From: Podarcis muralis
Taxonomy: Eukaryota
DNA length: 64,000 nucleotides
Assembly (NCBI RefSeq): GCF_964188315.1
Contig: NC_135655.1
Location: forward strand, 3,410,001 to 3,474,000
Direction of reading: 5' to 3'
Below are positions 36,030 to 47,893 of the stretch, one piece after another. The stretch's first letter is position 1; each line of letters opens with the position of its first letter. The notes under the pieces were generated by a model. It was not told the DNA's origin. It saw only the letters and a program-made list of their open reading frames with translations, and ran no database searches. The position numbers were made by a program, and so were the translations under genes.

Positions 36030-39000
36030 CGAGCGTGCACGCTATATGTATATCTCTCTCTCTATATTAAATACATAACTGCCAGTTGCTGGGGACCAGG
36101 AGTGGGGAGAGTGCTGTTCCTCTCGGGTCCTGCTTACAGGTTTCCCACAGGCATCTAGTTGGCCACTGTGAGAACAGGGTGCTGGACCAGATGGGCCATT
36201 GGGCTTATTATGGTCCCCATATATATTTCATTTCTTAAGCTAGTGAACAGATTGGGAGCAATATCTTGCAACTTAAAAAATACCTTTCATCAATGTTGAT
36301 TCTGGCTGGCAAGTTTTATATTTGCATCATTTTAGAAATGAGGTAGATAAGAGATTTTCTCGTCGTTTTGAGAATGATTTTTAAGTTTAAGCTTTGTGCT
36401 TCAGAACAATGCAGGTTTCGGTTTGTAGGACCAGATTATTCATGGAAGTTGTACAGTGTGACAATGCTGAAGCTTTCTCCTGCTGTCTCAATAGTTAGTC
36501 CTGTTCTTACAGGCCCCGCTTAATATTAGAGCAGTATTTGCCCAGCCTCCCTCGATGCCCCTGTTGACAGTGTGGCTTGTTAATTGTGGCAGAGACGATG
36601 CTAGACAGAAATGCATTGGGCTTTCTTCCCCGTTCGCTTTCCAAAGGCTGCCACCTGATCCTTTCCCACGTGTTGGTGTCATGGTTCAGAAAGTGCCAGC
36701 GCATTGACAAAAGCGTTGAATCTGCAAATGCTTATTATCTTGGTGTCCTATTTGGCTGCAGGCAAATGTCGGCCACCTGAAGACTTTCCTCTCTGCAATG
36801 AAGCTGGCTGACCGAGGCACCAGCGAGGAGAGCTTACCGCTGTCCACCTTGGCCCCTCCGAAAGCTTCTGAAGTTGAGAAGCCAAAGACAAAGATGACCA
36901 TAACATCCAGGAAGGATTATCCTTTCACCCAGAGCTTCCCGTACACTCTGGAGCAACTCCAGGCCTCTTACTGCAAATTACCCCGCATTGATATGCGCAT
37001 ACTTTGCCTGAAGAGCCTCCGGAAACTGGACTTGAGCCACAACCTTATCAAGAAGCTGCCAGTCACAATTGGGGATCTCGTGTCCCTCCAGGAGCTCAGC
37101 CTACAAGGCAACCTCCTGGAGTCCTTTGGCGCAGCCCTCTGTAATTCCACCCTCCGAAAGTCGCTCCAGTCTCTGGATCTCAGCCAGAACAAAATCAAAG
37201 CGCTTCCAGCCCAGTTCTGCCAGTTGCGGGAGCTCGTTCACTTGAAGTTGGATGACAACGATCTGATCAGGCTGCCGTTCAAGATCGGTCAACTGAGCCA
37301 GCTCCGCTTCTTGTCCGTGGCTCGGAACAAGCTCCCCTTTTTACCCAACAGCTTTGGAAAACTCTCCCTTGAGAGCCTGGATTTATTTGGCAATCCTTTT
37401 GAGCAGCCCAATCCCCTTGCTCCCGACATACAGCTAAAAATACCACTGACTTTGTGGGAACATTCAGCTAGAGCAACGATCAATTACAGGTAAAGGGTTT
37501 TTTTGGGGAGGGGGGAAGTTTCTGAATCCCAGAAGCGGTGCATCCCTTTCCTTCCTCTGGTTTCTTACAGTCCATAATCATATCGGCGCTTTAGGACTTT
37601 TCAGTTATAAAGTGTTGAGATTATTGTTGAGTGTAAGAAACAATTGTAACGTGAAGGAAAAATAGGTAAAGCTCATGGAAGAATTTCAGAAAGGCCTTAG
37701 GATGATGTGCTGATGTGCATTTGTGGGGCTTCCTATACGAATACAGTATTTAGTGACTTGCAGAAGATCCCGGAGTCAATCCCTGGCGGTTCCAGGTAGG
37801 GTTGGGAAGCAGGCCTGGCTGGCGTGGAAGCCTTGGAAGTCTCTGCAAGTCAGGGTAGACCTGAGCAGTTACGTTCTCAAACTGTGGACTTTGGGCCACA
37901 GGTCCCCTCCACTCCTCCACCCACGTGGCCCATAGAAAGCTTTGGGATCTCTGTTCCGCAGCCCTGGACTTTCATAATACAGTGTTTGTTTTGGCAAAGA
38001 TGCTGATGCTGAAGAGGAACCAAGTGCATTAAGTAATCCTCTGAGACCTCCAGCAATCTTCCAGAGGTTTCCCAAAAGGGGGAAAAAGGGCAACTTATTG
38101 TGTTGACAGTATTGAGCTAGAGAGACCAGACATCTGACTCACTATGGCCCTGTATTTACACATAAATCAGAATGAATCTGTTACGGGTTTTCAGTTAAGT
38201 TGTTGAATTGGGCGTTTGGTAATTTCAGTAATGTAAAGCTATCCATAATCAGCAGAGGAATTGTCATGCTCATTAGGCACTTGTAGCTATTGGGAGAAAT
38301 TTCTCTTCGATCCCAAAATCAGTTTAGGTCTTAACCCTCTTGGCAATGGCTGGAGGAACATTGCTGTAGATCCAGATCTTGTTTTTGTTTCTGCGCGAGA
38401 GGTTAAGCCACTATCCAGTATCACCCAATGGGTTCTGTGGCTGAATTGAGTTGGCCTGCCTCTCCAGCAACCAGTTCCCCTTCATTGCAGTGTAGTGGAA
38501 GTGGAATTGTGCAAGTTCACCAACGCTTGTTTGTGCAACAAGAACTTCCGGTATCTCACACCCTCAGTCACTGTCATCTAAGGCAGATGTTTACAGTTCT
38601 GTTGCATAATAGCAACAGAATTAACTTTGTGGCATGAGTAAGGCTATTGGTGTTTGGAAGGGAATTTGGCTTCCCAAGGTGTCAAGGGCCAGACTCCAAG
38701 CAATGACACCATTGGATGTGCATGCTTGAGGAGACTGGCCTCGTGTCTCTCAAAAATAGCCATTGTCCATGACAACAAACTTCTTTAGGAACTGAGATTT
38801 ACCCAAACAATTTATGATATGCTCATTTTTTTAAAAGTTTGGGTTTTTTTAATGCCACTGAGCCTGCCTAAATAACATTAGTTTCAGAGATGGAGAACTA
38901 GTTGCTCTGTAGATCAATATCTCCTCCTCCCATCAGCCTTGCTAATCATCAGGGGTGATGGAATTTCTAGTCCCACAAAATCTGGAGGGCCATAGGTTCT

Positions 39001-39890
39001 CCAGCTCTGCTCTAGGTACTGCTGTTCTTAATGTTTTTTTTAAAAAGTTAATATGCCAACAGAATCTTCTGTAAACAATCAAAGTGAGACACTTTCTTTG
39101 GGTCTGATTGGGGCAGGTGGGGTGTCTCTATTTAGAACTGCCTCCTTCCCCACTCCCGCTGCCCTCTGTTAGATGGGGGTTTTCTTCTGGTGGCAGACGA
39201 CAGAACCACGAGACCAGTGTAAAACACTCAAACAAAGGTTTTATTACAGCTATACAAAAACAACAAACACAAAGCATGTGGGTGTTCTCTCCCTGCAGAC
39301 AAATTCAAACTGCAGCTTCTCCTTTTGTAGTCGTCACCAGCTGTACCTAATCAGCCTAGAAAACCACTCCCAGAACTCACAGAAACAGTTCTTAAAGTTA
39401 CAATCCTCTTTTCTGTTTCTTTGCAGAATGACTCCTAACACCCTCCTGTCCCTGGCCTTGCAGACATTTGCATTTTTACAATATGTTTCAGCGTTTGGAG
39501 CACACACAACACTTTATCTCAGTTACAACCACCCCTTAAGATAGGCCTGAATACCGTATTTTTCGCCCCATAGGACGCACCGGCCCACAGGACGCACCTA
39601 GTTTTTTGGGGGGGAAATAAAGAAAAATAAATTTCCCCCCCAAGTGCGGGGCTGGGGCGGGGGAAGCCCGAGCTTCCCCCGACCCCAGCCCCCAGAACAG
39701 GCTGCTATGCGCAAGCCGTGAGAGAGCCGCACGGCTCTCCCACGGCTAGCGGAGCGCTGTGTGAAGCCCGAAGCTTGGGGTGAGCTGAGCTCAGCGCGCC
39801 CCAAGCTTCTGGGTGCCGGCAAGCCTGTGCCCACATACTGCGTCATACCAAGACTGTGTTGCATAGACTTACAGTTTCCCCGGTTCACAG

Positions 39891-39940
<50 letters not shown>

Positions 39941-40616
39941 ATGTCAAGTCAACACGCTTGCTTTGGGCCTCTCTTTCAGCACAGAAGTGTCAGCCTGTCT
40001 TCCCCAAGCCAGTGCCCTCCAGTTGATCTCCCGTCAGCTCCAGTGAGCATGGCTGTGCTGACCGGGGCTGAAGGATGTATTACTCCAGGCAGCTGGAGGC
40101 CACCAGGACAGGGGAAGGAAGGCGAAATGGATTTTACATTTTAATAAAGCTACATTATTATTTTTACCACCTAAGGAGATTCCAGGTTCAGCAGTATGAA
40201 GGTCTTGCATGGTCACTTTGGCTCAGAAGTGTGTTTGGGGTGCATACATTCAATATGTTAATTTAAAATGCTTGCAGGCTTCTTTCCAAGACAGGCTTCC
40301 AGGCTCTGTGAAACTGCTCAGCACGAACTGTATTCACATCCCGGCCTTGTTCTCTTTTCACAGGCTCCCGTACAGCTGCCACGTCCTTCCTTCTCACCTC
40401 TGTCACGATCTGGACATGTCCAAGAGCTGTCACTGTGGGCGGGCCTGCCTAAGCAGCTTCATTCAGACGACCGTGACCATGAATCTCCACAGTGTGGCGC
40501 ACACAGTTGTCCTTGTGGACAACATGGGGAGCACAGAGGCCCCCCTCCTCCGCTACTTCTGCTCTCTGACTTGCTACTCTCAGTTCCTGGACAGACATCT
40601 GCAGAGCATCCGATGA
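25483..40616 (+). CDS. LRR1: Leucine-rich repeat protein 1 (CRL2 substrate receptor); join(25483..25659,35075..35173,36762..37489,40364..40616), 418 aa
   Basis: MRLPCEVSV..; LRENIEQLFTKFVEEGKATVRLKEP; LRR array KSLRKLDLSHNLIKKLP; C-term TMNLHSVAHTVVLVDN; all junctions GT-AG and in frame; synteny with RPS29 and MGAT2. Confidence 0.95.
25836..26066. mobile_element. Tigger/pogo-like MITE family B
   Basis: TA-CAGTGGTACCTCGGGTT...GGTACCACTG-TA. Confidence 0.85.
27680..28022 (-). mobile_element. L2-type LINE 3' fragment split by the copia element (continues 33220-33350)
   Basis: ...CAGGTATACTGGACC | GGACCGACGCCGTTTAGGGC... rejoin into the family sequence. Confidence 0.75.
28023..28466 (+). repeat. 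5' LTR (444 bp)
   Basis: TGTTCAG...GTTCCATGA; differs from the 3' LTR by 1 substitution and 3 small indels. Confidence 0.93.
28724..32724 (+). pseudogene. Copia gag-pol polyprotein, frameshifted by a single 41-bp insertion; 1319 aa if repaired
   Basis: Zinc knuckle CFQCGSSAHLKRQC, protease VDSGAS, integrase HMD..TD..ENGVAER, RT YVDD, RNase H CDSDWG; ORFs 28724-32239 and 32194-32724 fuse on removing 32188-32228. Confidence 0.93.
32188..32215 (-). mobile_element. 28-nt Penelope-like micro-insertion with 13-bp TSD
   Basis: TTACAGATGGGTAGCCGTGTTGGTCTGC matches 24708-24735 with 1 mismatch; CAATTGGCTATAT at 32175-32187 and 32216-32228. Confidence 0.88.
32778..33219 (+). repeat. 3' LTR (442 bp)
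   Basis: Follows the PPT; near-identical to 28023-28466. Confidence 0.93.
35643..35998. mobile_element. Tc2/pogo-like MITE (related partial copy from 39554)
   Basis: TA-CCGTATTTT...AAAATACGG-TA. Confidence 0.75.
39893..39938 (+). repeat. (ATT)n microsatellite
   Basis: Perfect trinucleotide run. Confidence 0.9.
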
Positions 40617-42561
40617 CCTGAAACTGAAAACCGCATGTGGTCTGAGAAGCCTCACTCAGCAACAGACGCTGTCTGATATCGAAAGCAATGCTGGGACACG
40701 AGGAAGCAGAGCCAAGAGATCAGTTGTCTCCCAGGCCTTTCCTTTTTTCATCATCCAGAAGGAGCAAGGGAGGCAGGCTTGCATTCTAAACAGAATGCAG
40801 TTTAGCAAAGGCTGCAGGTTCTTTATGAAACTCTCTTGCCTGCATAGATCAGGGAAGCTCCTTGCCTGAGAGTGGCAGGTTATGTTCAAGATGTGGATAT
40901 CATATTCCTTCACCTTCCTGTTCATCACTATGATTGAGCTGGAGGACTCTTCTTGTCGTGCCCCCAAGCAAGAACCTGATTTCCCTCTCCTGTGCATTAT
41001 AAGAACACTGTTCTACCTACAAAAATAGTTAGCTGTTTGTTATTTAAAGCAGAACATGTTCAAAGTGTGTCTAGAAGTAGACAAGCTCCAGGTTATTTTA
41101 TCAGTCTCCCAAAATCTGTTCCCTGAAATGGTGTTCGCTCTGAACAGGACAGTATTAGTAGTTAACACAGAGTTTATGCTGATTTTTTAACGTTCATGCC
41201 ATTGTCAAAAGGAAGTTTGTCACGTTCACACAACCTGTTGTGTTGCTATTGAAGAACCGATGCAAAACTAATGTGCTTCAAAACAAAATATTGTGGTGGC
41301 CAGTTCATCATACATTAAAATTTGTATGAAGGAACTGGTTTTTCTGAGTACCAGATGCAGGCACAGAGTGTTTTGGGAATGGTGCCCACGTGCAGAAATT
41401 GTAGTTTGAAAGGACAGGGGTATGTGATGCAAGAATGGGAAAGGATTGGGCCCCTGCTAGTCTGGATTTTGCCTGTAAAATGTGTGCTCTGTATGCAAGA
41501 ATTATTATGGAGTGCATCATATGAAGCAAGTTTTGCATCAGTTAACTTCTGAAAGCCTCTTTTATTTCTTAAAAAGAACAAATAAATGCTTAAGAGTCTG
41601 AAATGGTGTGAAATGAGTCTTGCATTACTCTTAAACGGAGCTGGGCTTTAGAAACAACATAGATCGCACCAGCATATTTCTGTTCCCTGGTCTCTGCTCT
41701 TTAGGATGGTGAAGGGTCTAAATTCACAAAATACAGTGACAGCACAGATAGAAACCTTTGGCCCATTAGAACTGAATGGCCTCTTTAACTCAGGGGCTGC
41801 TGTACTGCTTTCCAGCCCCACGGAGATGATGATGATGATGATGATGATGATTTTATTTATACCCTGCCCATCTGGCTGGGTTTCCCCAGCCACCCTGTGT
41901 GGCTTACAGAATATATAAAACATAATAAACTGCCTCGGTCCAGTATACCTGAAGGAGCGTCTCCACCCCCATCGTTCAGCCCGGACACTGAGATCCAACG
42001 CCGAGGGCCTTCTGGAGGTTCCCTCATTGCGAGAAGTAAGGTTACAGGGAAGCAGGCAGAGGGCCTTCTCGGTAGTGGCGCCTGCCCTGTGGAACGCCCT
42101 CCCAGCAGATGTCAAAGAGATAAACAACTACCTGACATTCAGAAGACATCTGAAGGCAGCCCTGTTTAGGGAAGTTTTTAATGTTTGATGCTGTACTGTT
42201 TTTAATATTCAGTTGGAAGCCGCCCAGAGTGGCTGGGGAAACCCAGCCAGATGGGCGGGGTATAAATAATAAATTATTATTATTATAATAAAGCCTGAAA
42301 CATTAAAAACTCGGTACAGGGCTGCCTTCAGATGTCTTCTAAAAGTTGAGTACCTGTAGTTCTTTATCTTCTCAACATCTGCTGGGAGGGTGTTCTACAG
42401 GGCAGGCGCCAGTGAGGGAACTCCCAGAAGGCCCTTGGCGCTGGACCTCAGTGTCTGGGCTGAACGATGGGGATGGAGATGCTCCTTCAGGTATGCTCCA
42501 AGGCCGTTTAGCACCAACACTTTGAATTGTGCTCGGTAACGTACTGGGACCCAGTGTAAGA

Positions 42562-43362
42562 GGGTCATTCCATATAAAGTGACCCAACTTTTTTTACCTC
42601 ATGTCATCCAACTTTCTTAATATTTTATACACTTGTTGAATGATCAAAACTAAGTTCAAATCTAAAATAAGCAAGACTTCAGCCAATAGAATTAACGCCT
42701 TGAAAGAATTCTCGTTAAGTACTAAAGAATTGTTTCAAAGTGTTTATTGTATCATGCAACAGCAAGCCATCGCTCTGCTATGGAACACATTTTTTAAAAA
42801 TCTGACTAGCTTTTCAGATACCTTTTAATTGAATAACTTTCTAAAGAACTGCCTGAGGTAACTGATATGATAGGTCTTGTTTATTCTGCTTTATTTTACT
42901 CCAAAGAGACCCGTTTATCCTAAATGGAGCCCAATAAAGCAGACATGTATGTACAAAAAATAAAAATTAATGTGATCCCAGTGAGATCCCAAGGTGAAAT
43001 TTTGCAGGTAGCTCTTAGAAATATTAAATAACACAATTTCTTGGGAAATTTTAATCGTATTAGATTTTGTAACAAATTTAAAATTTAAAGTACACCCATC
43101 ATGTGATATACATTAAAGTTCTGAAGAGATTGGTGTTTTGAGTTTTGACAAATCTCAATCCTGGGCTGAGCTTTAAAGGTTTAAAGGCCAAAATGGTCAA
43201 TTTTTTGAAATTTCAAACCCTCATAACTCACAAACGGAATGAGATAAAAAAATAAAATTTTAGATTTGAACTTAGTTTTGATCATTCCACAAATGTACAA
43301 AATATTAAGGAAATTGGATGACATGAAGTAAAAAAGTTGGATCACTTGATATGGAATGACCC
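42562..43362. mobile_element. 801-bp non-autonomous DNA transposon with long imperfect TIRs, inserted in an L2 fragment
   Basis: GGGTCATTCCATAT...ATATGGAATGACCC; subterminal inverted match 42640-42670 vs 43258-43287. Confidence 0.7.
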
Positions 43363-44812
43363 AGGAATTTCAGGAGAGGTGTTCTATGGTCAAGGCCTGG
43401 GCTGCTTTAAGAGTACTGCCAAGGACATATCTGGGCTTGCGGAGGGGAGAACACTGCACAAGAAGTTCAGAGTTCCACAGATCCCTTTTTTTGTCAGAAT
43501 GAAGTGTCAAAAGGAATAGTGGGGCTGTAATATATAGCTGCTCCCTTCCAGAATTAAAATCCGCTACCGAGGTTTCAGAAAATTCCTCTTCTGAACTCTC
43601 CAACCTTCCCCAGTTCCTTCTATGCAACACACAAACATTTTCCTTTTCAGTCTTGTAGTTCCAGCCAGACGCTTCTTTTGGACGTGTTTGTTTTTAAACT
43701 GCCAAGTAATTTGCATTTGCTTCTGAGTTCCACCTGGCGCTTCATGCATCAGCTGCAGCAGGCAGATGTTTTGGAAAGCAAGGCCACACCATTCCCAAGC
43801 AGGGAGGGATTAAAATGAACACGCTTGTTGCACCCATCTCAAAGCCTGGTGTCAGCAACTCCTCTTTTATTTAAATAACGTTTATGCCGCGACTTGGCAG
43901 ATCGACAAAAACACAGCCACCCACATCCTCTTGTGTGCAATCCTAAAAAGGCACAACACAAAAGGAAAGCTGGTCGAAAGGGAGGAGGAAATATGCAAGT
44001 TCCAGTTCTTCCTTACAGATTCTTCTAACAACCAGCTGCAAGGGAAAAGTTCTAGGTAGAGGAGACGCCGCCTTCTTTCCCCCCTTCTTTGCACGGCTGA
44101 AGACTCTGCACATGCTCTATGATACCCCATCCCCCACTGAGTTAAAGGGGGAGGCGGGGCTTGCACTTGATTAAAGATGCAGAGGAGGAGGGGCAATTGT
44201 CTAATATTGTAGACCTTCCATGATGGGCCCCTGTATTCCAAGGACAGTCCCAGATTTACAGGAGCTGTCCCGGTTTCCGATTTGATCCGAGAATGTCCTG
44301 CTTCTCCTTAGGACAGGGGTCAGCAAGGTTTACCTTTGCCTGGGCCGGTTCACTCCAGCTGAGATCCCTCTGTGGGCCAGATAGCGTGCGCGATTTTCGA
44401 TGTCTGCGTCTGCACAGGTGCAATTTCCAGTGCTGCGGAAGTGAGTCCCCACGCCGTGCTGCGCCGGTTTAGCACAGTGCGCAGGGACTCGCTGAGCGAA
44501 TGGCTTGGGTGGGGGGGGCAGCTCATGGGCTGGTTAAACGACCCCCATGGGCCTTAGGATGCTGATCCGTGCCTTAGGACATCCCTATTTTCATCAAAGA
44601 AATTTTGGAGGGTAAGGAGTTCTGCAACCCTGGAGCCAAGGAGATAAGCGACTTTATAACCTTCAGAAGACATCTGAAGGAAGCCCTGTAGAGGGAAGCT
44701 TTTTAATGTTTATTGTTTTTATATATATTGGAAGCTGCTACGAGTGGCTGGGGCAACCCAGTTACATGGACAGCTCATCATCATTATTGAATAGGATGTC
44801 CCTATTTTTATT

Positions 44813-45003
44813 GGGGACGCGGGTGGCGCTGTGGGCTAAACCACAGAGCCTAGGACTTGCCGATCAGAAGGTCGGCGGTTCGAATCCCGTGACGGGGTGA
44901 GCTCCCATTGCTCAGTCCCTGCTCCTGCCAACCTAGCAGTTCGAAAGCACGTCAAAGTGCAAGTAGATAAATAGGTACCACTCCGGCGGGAAGGTAAACG
45001 GCG
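44813..45003 (+). mobile_element. Sauria SINE, 5' part
   Basis: GGGGACGCGGGTGGCGCTGTGGG...GGTTCGAATCCC...GGGAAGGTAAACGGCG. Confidence 0.85.
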
Positions 45004-45132
45004 TTAAGGTAAGGAATTATGCAACCCTGGAGCCAAGGAGATAAGCGACTTTATATAATATAGGAAGCTGCTCAGAGTGGCTGGGGCAACCCAGTTAGAT
45101 GGGCAGCTCATCATCATCATCATCCTTGAATT

Positions 45133-45738
45133 TTGTTGTTGTTGTTTAGTCGTTTAGTCGTGTCCGACTCTTCGTGACCCCCTGGACCAGAGCATGCCAG
45201 GCCCTCCTGTCTTCCACTGCCTCCCGCAGTTTGGTCAAACTCATGGTGGTAGCTTCGAAAACACTTTCCAACCATCTCGTCCTCTGTCGCCCCCTTCTCC
45301 TTGTGCCCTCCATCTTTCCCAGCATCAGTGTCTTCTCCAGGGAGTCTTCTCATGAGGTGGCCAAAGTACTGGAGCCTCAGCTTCACGATCTGTCCTTCCA
45401 GTGAGCACTCAGGTCTGATTTCCTTAAGAATGGATGCATTCGATCTTCTTGCCGTCCATGGGACTCTCAAGAGTCTCCTCCAGCACCATAATTCAAAAGC
45501 ATCAATTATTCGGCGATGAGCCTTCTTTATGGTCCAGCTCTCACTTCCATCCATTACTACAGGGAAAACCATGGCTTTAACTATACGGACCTTTGTTGGC
45601 AAGGTGATGTCTCTGCTTTTTAAGATGCTGTCTAGGTTTGCCATTGCTTTCCTCCCAAGAAGCAGGCGTCTTTTAATTTCGTGGCTGCTGTCACCATCTG
45701 CAGTGATCATGGAGCCCAAGAAAGTAAAATCTCTCACT
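45133..45738 (-). mobile_element. BovB/RTE LINE 3' fragment
   Basis: DFTFLGSMITADGDSSHEIKRRLLLGRKAMANLDSILKSRDITLPTKVRIVKAMV. Confidence 0.9.
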
Positions 45739-46501
45739 GAATAGGATGTCCTTATTTTCATTGGAGAAATGTTGGACGGTAGGGAGTTATGCGACCCCCC
45801 CAGGCAGGGAAACAGAAAACACCTGAAAGCAGCCCTGTAGGGGGGGGAAGCTTTTTAAATGTTTATATGTATGTTGGAAGCCGCTTAGAGTGGCTGGGGC
45901 AACGCATTGAGATGGGCAGGTGACAAATAAAACCATTAGGCTCGAATGGCCCGTCCCTCTTTTCAGGGGAGAAATGTTGGAGATTTCCCCGTTCCGGCTG
46001 CCTCTGCCTCCCCGCTCTGCCGGGGCCCAGGCCGCCCTCCACCCCCAGCGCCGGCTCTCCCCTCTCCCCGGCCGGCCAGCCAGTGGCTCCGGATGCGGAA
46101 GCCGCACGTGGAGGGCGGAGAGCGGCGGCGGCGGGAGGAGGAGGAGGCGGATCCGGAGGCGGCGCCCTCGTCGCCGCTGCTGCAGCCCCGGCGGAGCGGA
46201 GCGTGGCGGCTGGTGGCGCGTCCGGGGCGGGGCGGCTGGCTGGCTGGCCGGCTCCCTCCTTCCTTCCTCCGCCCGCCCGCCCACGCCCCATCCGGCCTCG
46301 GCGCGGGGACTGGCCGCTCGCCCCTCCGGAGAGAAAGAAGGCGGGCAGGGAGGGAGATCGAGCCCACGAAAGATGCCGCGCGCGCGGCGGAGGGCACCGT
46401 TGGCCGCCCGGCCGCTCGGCTGATGCGCCCCGGAGGGAGGGCCGCGCCGGGCCCGGCTCCTCGGTGATCGAAGGGGCGGCCGAGCCGGAGACGCCGCCGC
46501 C

Positions 46502-47893
46502 ATGAGGCTCCGCATCTACAAGCGCAAAGTGCTGGCGCTGCTGCTGGCCCTGGCCGCCGCCGCCTGCGCCCTGGCGCTTTGGGGAGGCGCCGGAGAAGCC
46601 GGAGGGAAGCGGGAGGCGGACGATCGGGCGCCGCCGCCTCCACCGCCACCGCCGGGAGACCAGCCCGGGGTACCGGCCGGCAGCAGCAGCAGCAGCAGCA
46701 GCAGCATCCTCCCCGCCCGGTCCGGCCAGCGGCTGCCCAACGCGTCGTCTCCGGCGTGGCTCCCCGGGGAAGAAGCGGGGGCATCGGCCAACCGGACGCT
46801 GCACTACCGATCGCTGGTTTACCGGCTCAACTTCGACCAGCCCGTGCGCAACGAGGAGCGCTGGCGGGCGGCGGGAGGCGGCGACGGGGCGGTGCCGGTG
46901 GCGGTGGTGGTGCAGGTGCACGAGCGCGCCGAGCACCTCCGGCTGCTGCTGGCCTCTTTGCGCCGCGCTCCGGGCGCGGATCGGGTGCTGCTGGTCCTGA
47001 GCCACGACGTGTGGTCGGCCGAGCTGAACGCGCTGGCCGCGTCGGTGGACTTTTGCGCCGTGCTGCAGGTCTTCTTCCCCTTCAGCCTGCAGCTCTACCC
47101 GGGCGAGTTCCCGGGCACCGATCCGCGGGACTGTGCCCGGGACGTGGGCCAGGCGGCTGCGCTGCGCCTGGGCTGCCTCAACGCGCAATACCCGGACGCC
47201 TTCGGCCACTACCGCGAGGCGGCCTTTGCGCAAACCAAGCACCACTGGTGGTGGAAGCTGCACTTCGTCTGGGAGAGGGTGCGCGCCCTGCGACGCCACC
47301 CGGGGCTGGTGCTTTTCCTGGAGGAGGACCACTACCTGGCACCCGACTTCTACCACGTGCTGCAGCGCATGTGGTCCGCGCGCCAGAGGGACTGCCCCGA
47401 GTGCCAGGTGCTGTCGCTGGGCACCTACGCGCCGGTCCGGGGACCCTTCTCCGGACGGGCCGACAAGCTGGAGCTGAAGACCTGGAAGTCGACTGAGCAC
47501 AACATGGGCATGGCCTTCGGGCGGGACACCTACGAGCAGCTGATGGGCTGCGCCGAGGCCTTCTGCACCTACGACGACTACAACTGGGACTGGACCCTGC
47601 AGCACCTGACCGTCAGCTGCCTGCCGCGCTTCTGGAAGGTGCTGGTGCCCGAGATCCCCAGGGTCTTCCACACGGGCGACTGCGGCATGCACCACAAGAG
47701 GCAGTGCCAGCCCGCCGCCCAGAGTGCCAAAGTTGACGCGCTGCTGGACGCCAACCGGCAGCACCTGTTCCCCGAGACCATGGTGGTGGGCAAGAGGTAC
47801 TCGCTGGCCCCGCTCAGCCCCCACGTCAAGAACGGCGGTTGGGGAGACATTCGGGACCACGAGCTCTGCAAAAGTTACCGCAGGTTGCAGTGA
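46502..47893 (+). CDS. MGAT2: Alpha-1,6-mannosyl-glycoprotein 2-beta-N-acetylglucosaminyltransferase (GnT-II), single coding exon, 463 aa
   Basis: MRLRIYKRKV + TM anchor; motifs QVFFPFSLQLYP, QTKHHWWWK, LEEDHY, DDYNWDWTL, GGWGDIRDHELC; CpG island ~45960-47900; synteny. Confidence 0.98.
   Translation: MRLRIYKRKVLALLLALAAAACALALWGGAGEAGGKREADDRAPPPPPPPPGDQPGVPAGSSSSSSSSILPARSGQRLPNASSPAWLPGEEAGASANRTLHYRSLVYRLNFDQPVRNEERWRAAGGGDGAVPVAVVVQVHERAEHLRLLLASLRRAPGADRVLLVLSHDVWSAELNALAASVDFCAVLQVFFPFSLQLYPGEFPGTDPRDCARDVGQAAALRLGCLNAQYPDAFGHYREAAFAQTKHHWWWKLHFVWERVRALRRHPGLVLFLEEDHYLAPDFYHVLQRMWSARQRDCPECQVLSLGTYAPVRGPFSGRADKLELKTWKSTEHNMGMAFGRDTYEQLMGCAEAFCTYDDYNWDWTLQHLTVSCLPRFWKVLVPEIPRVFHTGDCGMHHKRQCQPAAQSAKVDALLDANRQHLFPETMVVGKRYSLAPLSPHVKNGGWGDIRDHELCKSYRRLQ

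Noticed and set aside
40617-46501. RPL36AL expected from human synteny between LRR1 and MGAT2
   Set aside because: No RPL36A-like ORF seen; consistent with RPL36AL being a mammalian retrogene.
45787-47860. Long antisense and alternative-frame ORFs over MGAT2
   Set aside because: Shadow ORFs from very high GC content.
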